Shown: positions 1 through 9,810, numbered from the stretch's first letter. The stretch: DNA of 64,000 bases from an uncultured Clostridium sp. (GCA_900553985.1 USFW01000002.1:875-64874), one strand, 5' to 3'. The notes: generated from the sequence alone by a model not told the origin. Numbers and translations: made by a program.

Positions 1-513
1 ATAAATAAAAACTTTGAAGATGCATTTAATGACGTTCCAAATGAGTTTGATTTATTATTATCTAATCATTGCATAGATGATATGATAATTTCAGAGTTTA
101 TGCAAAATTATTATAATAAAAATCTAAACAACGATAACTTTAAAGATATGCTAACAGAAGCATGGATAGAACTAGGAAAAGATAAAGCAAAGATTGATGA
201 AATAAGTAATAAAGTATTTTCTACATTTGAAAAATTCTTTTTAGATAAGAAAATAGGCACTATTATTATGAGCCAATATAAAAGTAATCTATATTTTAAA
301 GATGAGTTTAAAGAGATGGATGAAATAACTGAAAGTTGCTTTAACAGAATAAAACAGTTAACATCAATGGATAATGAATATGTTAATAAAATATTAAATT
401 TTTATCCTTTTGGAAATGATGAAAGATATAGAGGAAAATATTTATTAGATAATACTCAAAACGCCAAGAACTGGATTGTTGGAACAATAAATGTAATAAA
501 ACCTCTAAAATAA
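1..513 (+). CDS. 5'-truncated ORF; C-terminal part of a possible class I SAM-dependent methyltransferase-like protein
   Basis: Frame 1 is open from base 1 with no stop before the Met at 82, so the gene begins left of the window. FDLLLSNHCIDDM resembles the strand after motif II of small-molecule SAM methyltransferases. The rest is unrecognised. Confidence 0.3.
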   Translation: MNKNFEDAFNDVPNEFDLLLSNHCIDDMIISEFMQNYYNKNLNNDNFKDMLTEAWIELGKDKAKIDEISNKVFSTFEKFFLDKKIGTIIMSQYKSNLYFKDEFKEMDEITESCFNRIKQLTSMDNEYVNKILNFYPFGNDERYRGKYLLDNTQNAKNWIVGTINVIKPLK

Positions 514-517
514 TTTT

Positions 518-602
518 AATGTGCTTTATAAAATCAAGTCAAGGTTAAAATGAATGTGCGTTTGCACAACCTTGACTAAATTTTAAAAGCACATTATTTT
601 TT
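518..602 (+). terminator. Long imperfect hairpin plus T-run after the truncated ORF
   Basis: The arms AATGTGCTTTATAAAATCAAGTCAAGGTT (518-546) and AACCTTGACTAAATTTTAAAAGCACATT (568-595) are near-complementary. The loop holds a small GTGC..GCAC hairpin and is followed by ATTTTTT. Confidence 0.55.
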
Positions 603-778
603 CGGCTAAGAGGATTTAAGGATAAGTATATTTAATATAGTAAATGCATATACCCCGAAAATACCTCATAAAAAATGAGGGCAGGATAGCGTGCATCACG
701 CAACGCCTATACACATTGAAGGACAAGCCTTCAAGAGTTAATCAAAGAACAAAAATTTTATGCAAAAGTGATGCAGAA

Positions 779-930
779 ATTCACCGAGTGAACCCCAAAA
801 AAATGCCGTTTAGAGTGTGAAAGTTCACTAAATGAACCCTTTTTAAGGAAAAGTTCACCCGGTGTACTAAAATTAGTTCACTAAATGAACAAATGCTGAA
901 TAAATAAATTACAAAGTTCACCGAGTGAAC
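779..930. repeat. Array of five 15-bp dyad-symmetric sites (GTTCAC-N3-GTGAAC / GTTCA-N5-TGAAC)
   Basis: Sites: 779-793 ATTCACCGAGTGAAC, 823-837 GTTCACTAAATGAAC, 853-867 GTTCACCCGGTGTAC, 876-890 GTTCACTAAATGAAC, 916-930 GTTCACCGAGTGAAC. Four are preceded by A/AA. They lie just upstream of a TTGAAT(958)-17-TATAGT(981) promoter-like element for the 1013 gene. Confidence 0.7.
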
Positions 931-1012
931 TTGAATGAAATAACTATAGCATCATTATTGAATATATTTGAATTTTATGATATAGTATATAAAAATATTG
1001 TAGGAGAAGAAT

Positions 1013-2944
1013 ATGAGTAGTGAATATGAACAAGTAACTATATTTGAAGAAGATTATATTCAAAGAACAACAGGTACGGTAACACAGAAACCAGACAATG
1101 CTTTAACAGAGCTTATTGCTAATGCTTGGGATGCAGGAGCTAAAGAAGTAGATATAACGATACCTCTAGAAGAGCATGAAAAAATAATTATTAGAGATGA
1201 CGGAACTGGAATGACTCAAGATGAATTCAATCATAGATGGTTAACATTAAGTTATAATAGATTAAAAAATCAAGGTATTGATGTAGAATTTCCACCAGAA
1301 TCAAAAGGAATGATAAGAAAAGCTTATGGAAGGAATGGAATTGGAAGACACAGTATGTTTTGTTTTTCAAATTCATATCATATAGAAACTTGGAAAAATG
1401 GAAATTGTTTTAGCTGTGATATAGATTTATCTCATGGCGAAAGACCTTTTAAAATATATAATGCAAAAGTATATAAAAAAGAAGGACATGGAACAGAATT
1501 GTCTACATTTCTTACTCAAAATTTACCTGATGTTAAAAGTATTACTGATGTTCTTTCAGCAAGATATTTATTTGATCCTGGATTTGTAGTAAAAATTAAT
1601 AATGTAGTTGTTGATTTATCCAAACATAGTGGTTTGCAAAAAGAAGACGAAATAATACTAAAAAATGGAATAAAATTAAGAATTTATATTATTGATTCAA
1701 ATAAAACTGCCAAAAAATCTGTATATCATGGTATTGCATTTTGGGTAGGAAAAAGGCTAGTGGGAGAACCTTCTTGGGAATTAGGAAATAGAATGATAAG
1801 AGATGGTAGAACACAAATAGCAAAACGATATACGGTAGTAGTTCAAACAGAGGATATGTATGAAGATGTATTGCCAGATTGGACAGCATTCAAAGATAAT
1901 GATAGAACAAACGAAGTATTTGAAGAGGTTGCAAAATATGTAGATAATTATATACGCGAGATTAGTAAAGAAAAAAGGCAAGAAACCAAATTAGAAATTG
2001 TAAGAAATAGAATAGATGAGATAAAAGAGTTAAACAAATCATCACAAAGTGAAGTTGCAGAGTTTATAGATAATATTATTGAAGAAGAGCCAGATTTATC
2101 AATAGAAACAGTAGATTTAGCAGTTGAAACAATGATTAATATACAAAAATTAAGAAACGGACAAGAACTATTAAAAAAATTATCATCATTCTCAGAAGAT
2201 GACATAGATGCTTTAAATACTATTCTTGATAATTGGAATATTAAAGATATTCAATTAACACTTGATACTATAGACAAAAGAGTTTTGGTTGTAGAAGCAA
2301 TAGAAAGGTTGTGTTCGGATAAACATACAGATGAATTACATACACTTCACCCTTTAGTTGCTCAAGCAAGATGGTTATTTGGTCCAGAATACGATTCTGA
2401 AATGTATACATATAATAAAAGGTTAAATACTATAGTTAAAGATGTATTTAAAAATTTAAAATATACTGAACTTGAAGAACCAAATAGAAGACCAGATCTT
2501 GTAGTATTTGAAGAATCAGTTATTGCACCATATGGCTTTGAAGATTGGAATGACAAAGTGAGTTTAAATGAATATAAAAAAATACTGATAATAGAATTAA
2601 AAAAAGGCTTTTTTACAATTGAACAAGATGAAATAAGTCAGGCAATGACATATGTCAATGCACTATATAATTCTACATCACTTCCATCTAAACCTAGCAT
2701 ATGTGCGTATGTAGTTGGAGATAAGGTATCTAATAATATTTCTAGAAGTGTTAGAATGGAAGAAACAAAACAAATATGTGCTTGTACTTATTTAGAATTA
2801 GTTAGTACAGCTAAAAAAAGATTATTTAAATTAAGAGAGACATTAAATGAAAGATACGAAAAGATGTCAACTGAAAGTATAGTAGATAAAGTTTTGAAAG
2901 AACCAAAACAATTAGAAATTACAAAGGAAAATTTAAAAAAATAG
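1013..2944 (+). CDS. GHKL (HATPase_c_3/MORC-like) ATPase fused to a C-terminal PD-(D/E)xK nuclease resembling the Shedu DUF4263 core
   Basis: Bergerat-fold motifs are present: N-box ELIANAWDAGA, G1 IRDDGTGM, G2 GRNGIGRHS. A helical middle region follows. The C-terminus reads HPLVAQARWLFGPEY...RRPDLVVFEE...ILIIELKKG...Q (D...ExK). RBS is GGAGAAG. Terminator hairpins flank the locus (518-602 upstream of the leader, 3014-3066 after the stop). Confidence 0.6.
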   Translation: MSSEYEQVTIFEEDYIQRTTGTVTQKPDNALTELIANAWDAGAKEVDITIPLEEHEKIIIRDDGTGMTQDEFNHRWLTLSYNRLKNQGIDVEFPPESKGMIRKAYGRNGIGRHSMFCFSNSYHIETWKNGNCFSCDIDLSHGERPFKIYNAKVYKKEGHGTELSTFLTQNLPDVKSITDVLSARYLFDPGFVVKINNVVVDLSKHSGLQKEDEIILKNGIKLRIYIIDSNKTAKKSVYHGIAFWVGKRLVGEPSWELGNRMIRDGRTQIAKRYTVVVQTEDMYEDVLPDWTAFKDNDRTNEVFEEVAKYVDNYIREISKEKRQETKLEIVRNRIDEIKELNKSSQSEVAEFIDNIIEEEPDLSIETVDLAVETMINIQKLRNGQELLKKLSSFSEDDIDALNTILDNWNIKDIQLTLDTIDKRVLVVEAIERLCSDKHTDELHTLHPLVAQARWLFGPEYDSEMYTYNKRLNTIVKDVFKNLKYTELEEPNRRPDLVVFEESVIAPYGFEDWNDKVSLNEYKKILIIELKKGFFTIEQDEISQAMTYVNALYNSTSLPSKPSICAYVVGDKVSNNISRSVRMEETKQICACTYLELVSTAKKRLFKLRETLNERYEKMSTESIVDKVLKEPKQLEITKENLKK

Positions 2945-3013
2945 AAATAAGGGAAATAAAAGGGAATTGATTTTATAAAAACAGGGTAATATAATGGTAG
3001 CATGAAAAAGTGA

Positions 3014-3066
3014 GAGCAAGAAAGATTAGTTAAAAAAACTAATTTTTCTTAGCTCTTTTTCTTTTT
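3014..3066 (+). terminator. Rho-independent terminator after the GHKL-nuclease gene
   Basis: GAGCAAGAAAGATTAGTT (3014-3031) pairs with AACTAATTTTTCTTAGCTC (3037-3055), with one bulge. A T-rich run follows. Confidence 0.7.
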
Positions 3067-3094
3067 CAAATTTAAAGAAAAGGAGCAAAATTTC

Positions 3095-3271
3095 ATGCTA
3101 CATAAGTACGAAATAGAAGTTAATAATTCTAACAATTTAAAAGATAATGATATGCTAAATTGTAGCATGGAATTATCACTATTAAATAATTTGTTTAGAG
3201 AAAACTTAATAACAGAAGCAGAATATCAAGAAATAAAAAGAAAAATCTTAAAAGACTACAAACTTTTGTAA
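3095..3271 (+). CDS. 58-aa small protein upstream of the serine recombinase (SHOCT-like C-terminal helix)
   Basis: Below the ORF-track length cutoff. RBS AAAGGAG lies 8 nt before ATG 3095. Translation: MLHKYEIEVNNSNNLKDNDMLNCSMELSLLNNLFRENLITEAEYQEIKRKILKDYKLL. The LITEAEYxxIKxKIL ending resembles SHOCT-type short C-terminal domains. Confidence 0.4.
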   Translation: MLHKYEIEVNNSNNLKDNDMLNCSMELSLLNNLFRENLITEAEYQEIKRKILKDYKLL

Positions 3272-3343
3272 TATCAATTTACTTTTTGTTGAAAAAATGA
3301 TATAAAATATTTAAGTTTTATCTCTAGGCGGAATGGAGGAAAG

Positions 3344-5035
3344 ATGGAAATTCAAGTCATAGAGAAAACAAACGGAAGAATAAATAGAGTAACAGGCACT
3401 ACAATAAGAGAAAGATTAAGAGTATGTGCCTATTGCAGAGTAAGTACAGACAATGAAGAACAATTAAATAGTTATCAATCACAATTAAAGTATTATGATG
3501 AAAAAATAAATAGTAAATCAGAATGGCAGTTTGCAGGAATATATGCAGATGAAGCAATAACAGGAACACTAGATTTTAAAAGAACAGAATTTATGAGAAT
3601 GATAGCTGATGCTATGTCAGGAAAAATTGATATGATATTAACAAAATCAATATCAAGATTTGCTAGAAACACATTAGATACTTTAAAATATGTAAGAATG
3701 CTAAGAGAGAAAAATATTGCAATTCTTTTTGAAGAAGAAAATCTAAATACAACAACAGGTGCAGGAGAACTAATGCTAACAATATTAAGCGCTATGGCAC
3801 AACAAGAAAGTGAAAATATATCTTCACATGTTCTATTAGGTTTAAAAATGAAAAAAGACAGAGGAGAGTTAATTGGTTACAATGGTTGTTATGGATATAA
3901 TTACAATATTGAAACAAAAGAAATAACAATAAATGAAGATGAAGCAAGCATTGTTAGATATATGTTTGAAAGATATGTAGAAGGAATAGGTTCAAGTACA
4001 ATAGCAAAAGAACTAACAGCTAAAGGAATAAAAACTCCAAAAGGTGGAACAAAATGGTGTGAATCAACAATAAGAGGAATCCTAAAAAGCGAAAAATATA
4101 TTGGAGATGTGCTAATGGGAAAAACATTTACAATAGATCCAATATCACATAAAAGATTAAGCAATTTAGGAGAAGTAGACAAACATTATTACAAAGAACA
4201 TCACGAACCAATTATTAGCAAAGAATTATTTGATAGAGTACAAGAAATAAGAACAAAAAGAGCAGGAAATAGAGAAACAGGAAGAAGAAACGATAATTAC
4301 AGTAAAAAATATCCTTTTAGCAGTAAACTATATTGTGCTTTTTGTGGCTCATTACTCACAAGAAGAAATTGGAATGCAAATAGAAGCTGTGAAAAAGCAG
4401 TATGGCAATGCATAAAAAGAGCAAAACAAGGAAAAGAAGAATGCCCACATTGTAAAGCAATAGCAGAAGAAATAATAGAAGATTGTTTTGTACAAGGCTA
4501 TAGAATATTGTGTAATGATAACAGAAAAATAATTGAAACATTTTTAGAAAAGATAGAAAATATCTTAAAAGAAAATACTACAGAAACATTAGTAAGTAAA
4601 TTAGAAAAAGATAAAGAAAAAATAAACAAGAAACTTAATAATTTATTAGAATTAAATTTAGAAGGAAGAATCAATAAAGAACAATATACTTTAAAATTTG
4701 ATGAGTTAGATACAGAACTAATAAAAATTAATTCAAAGATAGAAAACCTACTAAAAGAAACAAACAGGACAGAAAGTATTAAACAGAGATTAAATAAGTT
4801 CAAAAGTTTATTTAAAAATATAGATATAATACCAAAGTTTGATAAAGATGTGTTTGAATGTTTAATTGATAAAGTAATTATTGGAGAAATCCAAGAAGAA
4901 GGAACAATAAATCCATATACAATAAGGTTTATTTGTAAAAACGGTAGTGAGATAAATTGCAAAGATGAATTTACTGCTACAAGCAATAAACAACATTCAA
5001 ATAATACTGCAACCAGAGAGAAACAACGCATGTAG
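3344..5035 (+). CDS. Large serine recombinase (resolvase catalytic domain + recombinase domain + zinc ribbon + coiled coil)
   Basis: N-terminal RVCAYCRVSTDNEEQ carries the catalytic Ser. ISRFARN motif, Cys clusters CAFCG...CIKRAKQGKEECPHC and a K/E-rich coiled coil are present. 563 aa. Confidence 0.85.
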   Translation: MEIQVIEKTNGRINRVTGTTIRERLRVCAYCRVSTDNEEQLNSYQSQLKYYDEKINSKSEWQFAGIYADEAITGTLDFKRTEFMRMIADAMSGKIDMILTKSISRFARNTLDTLKYVRMLREKNIAILFEEENLNTTTGAGELMLTILSAMAQQESENISSHVLLGLKMKKDRGELIGYNGCYGYNYNIETKEITINEDEASIVRYMFERYVEGIGSSTIAKELTAKGIKTPKGGTKWCESTIRGILKSEKYIGDVLMGKTFTIDPISHKRLSNLGEVDKHYYKEHHEPIISKELFDRVQEIRTKRAGNRETGRRNDNYSKKYPFSSKLYCAFCGSLLTRRNWNANRSCEKAVWQCIKRAKQGKEECPHCKAIAEEIIEDCFVQGYRILCNDNRKIIETFLEKIENILKENTTETLVSKLEKDKEKINKKLNNLLELNLEGRINKEQYTLKFDELDTELIKINSKIENLLKETNRTESIKQRLNKFKSLFKNIDIIPKFDKDVFECLIDKVIIGEIQEEGTINPYTIRFICKNGSEINCKDEFTATSNKQHSNNTATREKQRM

Positions 5036-5159
5036 AATGCATTGCTGTGTTATATTTAAAATAAACTCTACATAAGAAAAAATATTAAAATAGATAAATT
5101 CAAGAAATAAAGAGGAGAATTTATATTACGAAAAAAGTTTATATAATTATATAAGTACT

Positions 5160-5206
5160 AAAAAGTAGATATTTTAAAATACTAAATCTAAAATATCTAC
5201 TTTTTT
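5160..5206. terminator. Bidirectional hairpin terminator
   Basis: AAAAAGTAGATATTTTA ... TAAAATATCTACTTTTT forms a perfect stem flanked by A and T runs. Confidence 0.6.
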
Positions 5207-5281
5207 CTAATGTCAATGTTACCTTTATTAAAAAAATGGTAATATATAGTCAGATATCTAAAAAAGGAGCTTTAAAGCGAA

Positions 5282-5847
5282 ATGAGGAATAAGAAAATAA
5301 AGGAGTTTGTTTTTAAAGGAAGTATCAATATAGAAAAAATAATAAAAGAATATGCTCGGATATGTATATATTATTATAAAAAATAGTGGATATTTATTTA
5401 GCAATGAAGATGTAGAAGAAATTGCATCAGATGTATTTCTTACTATATGGAAAAATAAAGAAAAATTAGATATAAATAAGGAAATTTCACCATATATAGC
5501 AGGAATAACAAAAAATTTACTTAGAAAAAAGAAAAGAGATATTAAAAATATAAACGAAAATATTAAAAATATTGACGAATTACAAAATTATTTATCTGAT
5601 AAAATTGATTACACACAATGAAGCAGAGGAACAAGAAAAAATAGATATTGTAACAGAAGAATTAACGAAAATGAAAAAAGAGGATAAGAATATTTTTACA
5701 TATTATTATTACGAGTCAAAAAACATAAAAGAAATAGCCAATATATTAGGAATTACAGAAATAAAAGCAAAATCAAGATTATCAAGAATCAGAAAAAAAT
5801 TAAGAAAAGAATTAGAAAAAAGGGGGTATAGCTATGGAAGAAAATAA
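5282..5847 (+). pseudogene. ECF-type sigma-70 family sigma factor, reading frame broken
   Basis: Region 2 (EDVEEIASDVFLTIWKNKEKL) is in ORF 5352-5621. Region 4 HTH (IKEIANILGITEIKAKSRLSRIRKKL) is in a different frame (5572-5847), with the switch near 5600-5620. A possible second break lies at about 5346-5354, where an upstream ATG (5282) ORF ends ..IEKIIKEY. Confidence 0.65.
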
Positions 5848-6980
5848 AATAATAGAAAGGATAATAAAAAAATCACAGGTAAAAATAGCTATATCCAAAT
5901 TTATAGAGGGGGAAAAATATATGCCAAAGTCAACTAAAATCTTAAAAACGGTAGCAACAATTGTTATTACACTAGGTATAGGAACAGGATTAGTATATGC
6001 GACAGGAACAGTAGTAAGTGAAAAAATATGGAAAGAACCAAAGCAATATAAAATTAATCAAAATTTAACAGACGAAGAAAGAAAAGAATGCATAACACAA
6101 GAAAAAGCAGAAGAAATAGCAAACAATTATTTAAAGAAAATAGGATTAGAAGAAGAAAAAATAAAGGATTTAAATTTGGCAAAGAACTTTTTTAGAAATG
6201 ATAAGATTTGGCATGTGAGTACTGAAAAAGTATCTATGCAAATTGATGCTGAAAGTGGAAAAGTAGAATTTTTAAATATTCCAACTTGGAATTATAAAAT
6301 TCCATACAACTATGGAATTACAAGAGAAGAAGCTAGAAGTGTAGCAAAAGAATTATTAGAAAAATATAGGCCAGAAGGGTATGATGGCGAATATGAGTTG
6401 GTTTGTTTAAGAAGAAATATGGAAACAGATGAAGCATCATATATCTGGTATGCAGATTTTTATAGAAAATATGATAACTTAATAAATAAATCAGAGCAAA
6501 TAAGTATTGGGTGGGTACCAACAATAAATGGACTATATTCTTTAACTTTAAAAAATATACCATATGAAAATAATGAACAGAAAATATCAAAAGAACAAGC
6601 AATAAATATAACAGTCGAAAAAGACAAACAAATAGAAAAGAACAAAACAATAAAAGAAACAAAGGCTGAAATTAGAATAAAAGAAATGAATGAAGATATA
6701 TATTTAAGAGAAAATTTTAAAGAAGAATATGAAAATGGTACACTTAATACAGAAAAGACAGGAGAAAATACATATAAATTAAAAGACGATGCAGTTGCTT
6801 TTGAAACAGAGAAGAGGGCAAGAAAAGTATGGTGTGTTGTCATTAATTATAATGAAAGTTTACGGATATACTTATTATGTTGATGCAACAACAGGAGAAA
6901 TAATAGGTGGGTCACATTCTGATGAATTGATAAATGAAAAAATTTTATTGGAAGATGAAAATAATTTGATTGAAAAATAA
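5834..6980 (+). pseudogene. Membrane-anchored anti-sigma-like protein with PepSY-like repeats, frameshifted near its 3' end
   Basis: Overlaps the sigma gene stop. It has one N-terminal TM (ILKTVATIVITLGIGTGLVYA). The C-terminal PepSY-like ending YYVDATTGEIIGG is in another frame (6789-6980), with the frame change at about 6830-6850. Confidence 0.5.
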
Positions 6981-7162
6981 GAAAAGCAGATTTTTCCTAT
7001 ACAATAAGAAAGGCACTTCATATTTGAGGTGCTTTTTATAATAGCTATTTTAATTTGCAAAAATATCAAAAATATGATATTCTATTAAAGAGTTCTGAAA
7101 AATAAATAATAATCAAAATATAAAATAACAAATAACATAAAAAATAAAGAAAGGCATAAAAT

Positions 7163-8218
7163 ATGGAAAAAAAAGGTAAAGTATTACTTGGAATGAGTGG
7201 AGGAGTAGATAGCTCTGTTTCAGCAATATTATTACAAGAACAAGGATATGAAGTAATAGGTGCAACCTTAGAATTATTTGGAGATAGTTGTAATAATATA
7301 ACTACTGTAAAAGATGCTAAAAAAGTTTGTGAAAAATTAGGTATAAAACATATAACAATAGAATTAAAAAAAGAATTTTACAAGTACGTAATAAAAGATT
7401 TTATAGACAGTTATTCTATATGTGAGACACCAAACCCATGTATAAAATGTAATAGATATATAAAATTTGATATAATGCATAAAAAGGCAAAAGAATTAGG
7501 ATGTGATTATTTAGCAACAGGTCATTATGCTAAAATAGAATATGATGAAAAGTGGAATCAAAAAGTATTAAAAAAATCAGATTCTATAAGAAAAGATCAA
7601 AGTTATGTTTTATACAATGTAAAAAAAGAGATATTACAAGATACAATTTTTCCTTTGGGAGAGTTTGAAAACAAAGATGAAATAAGAGAAATAGCAAGAA
7701 CACACGGATTAGAAGTTGCTAATAAAAAAGATAGTGAAGATATATGCTTTATACCAGATAATAATTATGTACGATTTTTAGAAGAAAATAATTTGAAATC
7801 AAAAAAGGGAAATATTGTTGATACTAAAGGGAATATATTAGGAAAGCATACAGGTCTATATAAATATACAATAGGACAGAGAAAAGGTTTGGGAATATCT
7901 AGTAAGTATCCACTGTATGTAGTTAAACTTGATAAAGATAAAAATGAAGTTATAGTTGGAAAAGAAGAAGAAATTTTCAGCCCAAAAGCAATAATAACAG
8001 ATTTTAATAATTTATTAACAGAAAATAAAATTGAAAATATGAAGGTAAAAGCCAAAGTAAGATATTCAGCAAAAGAAGCAGATGCAATCATCAACCAAAT
8101 TGATAATAAAACTGTTGAAGTTAATTTTTTAGAGCCACAAAGGGCTATTACTCCTGGACAATCATTAGTTTTATATATAGATGATATAGTGTTAGGAGGA
8201 GGAAAAATAGTAAAATAG
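7163..8218 (+). CDS. mnmA: tRNA 2-thiouridine(34) synthase MnmA
   Basis: PP-loop GMSGGVDSSVSA, PNPCIKCNRYIKF and ATGHYA motifs. 351 aa. Confidence 0.9.
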   Translation: MEKKGKVLLGMSGGVDSSVSAILLQEQGYEVIGATLELFGDSCNNITTVKDAKKVCEKLGIKHITIELKKEFYKYVIKDFIDSYSICETPNPCIKCNRYIKFDIMHKKAKELGCDYLATGHYAKIEYDEKWNQKVLKKSDSIRKDQSYVLYNVKKEILQDTIFPLGEFENKDEIREIARTHGLEVANKKDSEDICFIPDNNYVRFLEENNLKSKKGNIVDTKGNILGKHTGLYKYTIGQRKGLGISSKYPLYVVKLDKDKNEVIVGKEEEIFSPKAIITDFNNLLTENKIENMKVKAKVRYSAKEADAIINQIDNKTVEVNFLEPQRAITPGQSLVLYIDDIVLGGGKIVK

Positions 8219-8230
8219 AAATTAACAAAT

Positions 8231-8274
8231 AAAAAAACTGCATAAAGAAATATATTTTTCTTTATGCAGTTTTT
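8231..8274. terminator. Bidirectional terminator between mnmA and the convergent 88-aa ORF
   Basis: AAAAAAACTGCATAAAGAAA ... TTTCTTTATGCAGTTTTT hairpin. Confidence 0.7.
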
Positions 8275-8278
8275 AGAA

Positions 8279-8545
8279 TTATAAGAAAGTTAAAATATCA
8301 TTTGGTAAATATTGCATTAATTCACCGAAATTATTGATATTTTTTCTTTCTAAGACTTCAGGCAAATATGCTTGAAAAAGTCTAAAGAGTTTTTCTTCTT
8401 CTCGAAATTCATAGCGACCACATTTTATGGCAATCTTTTTTGCTTCCTCCCGAAAAGCACTTAATCCTTGAGTAGAACCATTCAAATGTTTATAAATGTC
8501 TTCCACATCAGAAAGTGATAAATAGCATTTATTTGTAATGCTCAT
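8279..8545 (-). CDS. Hypothetical protein, 88 aa
   Basis: Clean ORF with RBS (AAAGGAG) upstream. No recognisable motif. Confidence 0.4.
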   Translation of the reverse strand: MSITNKCYLSLSDVEDIYKHLNGSTQGLSAFREEAKKIAIKCGRYEFREEEKLFRLFQAYLPEVLERKNINNFGELMQYLPNDILTFL

Positions 8546-8806
8546 AGTAACTCCTTTCGAAAATTCATATCTACATGTTACTATATTATTATACTATGTA
8601 TTTTTAGTAAATTCAAGTATTAAACAAGAAAAATTATGTAAAGCTATTTATATGTACTAATTAAAAAATATTTCAACAATAATGATAAATCTGAGAAACA
8701 ATTTATAGGAATGAATTATAAATAATACAAAAGAATCTATATAAGAATTGATATTATTACAAAAATACAATATAATATTAAAAACTATCGAAAAGGAGAC
8801 AACAAA

Positions 8807-9748
8807 ATGTTATCAATATTAGAATTAAAAAACAGATTGCCAAAAGATTTTATAGATGAGTTATATACTAGATTTACACCATTAACAGTAGACAAAATAT
8901 TAGTGGGAATGTTAGGAGATAGAAATACAACCTTAAGAGTAAATAAAATAAAATGTTCTATTCATGAATTAATGAAATATCTAAAAGAAAATAATATAAA
9001 ATTTGATAGAGTTTTATGGTATAATGATGCATTAGTAATTAAAAATGTAAAAGAAAAACAAATAAAAAAATTAGACATATATGATAAAGGATATTTATAT
9101 TTACAAAGTTTATCTAGCATGATACCTCCAGTAATCTTAGATCCAAAAGAAGGAGAAAATGTACTAGATTTAACAGCAGCGCCTGGAAGTAAAACTACTC
9201 AAATGGCTGGAATGATGAATAATAAAGGTTATATTTTAGCAAATGAATTAGATGCTATTAGATGTGAAAGATTAAAATATAATGTAGAAATGCAAGGTGC
9301 TAAAATTATTGAAGTAATAAATAGAAGAGGTGAAAGTATAGGAAAAGAATATAAAGAATATTTTGATAAAGTTTTATTAGATGCACCATGTAGTGGAGAA
9401 GGAAGATTTCTAGGCAATAATGTGCAAACTTATAGAAATTGGTCTAAGAAAACAGTTTTACAGCTTTCAAAATTACAGAAAAGATTGTTTAAAAGTGCAT
9501 ATGACTCATTGAAAAAAGGTGGAATAATGGTATATTCTACTTGTACATTAAATTTACAAGAAAACGAAGAAGTATTAGATTGGGCAATAAAAAATCTTAA
9601 TATTAAGTTATTAGACATTGATATTGAATTTAAAGAAAAAATGCAAGGCTTCACAGAAGATGTAGATTCTAGTATAAAAAAAACAATAAGAATACTACCC
9701 TCAAAAGATAAGGAAGGATTTTTTGTAGCAAAATTAAAAAAGATATAA
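8807..9748 (+). CDS. RsmB/NOP-family SAM-dependent RNA (cytosine-C5) methyltransferase
   Basis: DLTAAPGSKTTQ (SAM motif I), DAPCSGEG and YSTCT catalytic Cys motifs. Confidence 0.8.
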   Translation: MLSILELKNRLPKDFIDELYTRFTPLTVDKILVGMLGDRNTTLRVNKIKCSIHELMKYLKENNIKFDRVLWYNDALVIKNVKEKQIKKLDIYDKGYLYLQSLSSMIPPVILDPKEGENVLDLTAAPGSKTTQMAGMMNNKGYILANELDAIRCERLKYNVEMQGAKIIEVINRRGESIGKEYKEYFDKVLLDAPCSGEGRFLGNNVQTYRNWSKKTVLQLSKLQKRLFKSAYDSLKKGGIMVYSTCTLNLQENEEVLDWAIKNLNIKLLDIDIEFKEKMQGFTEDVDSSIKKTIRILPSKDKEGFFVAKLKKI

Positions 9749-9810
9749 TATAGCAAAAATAAATCTAAAAATATTTATTTAAATACATACTTGAAGGGAA
9801 TAGACTAATA

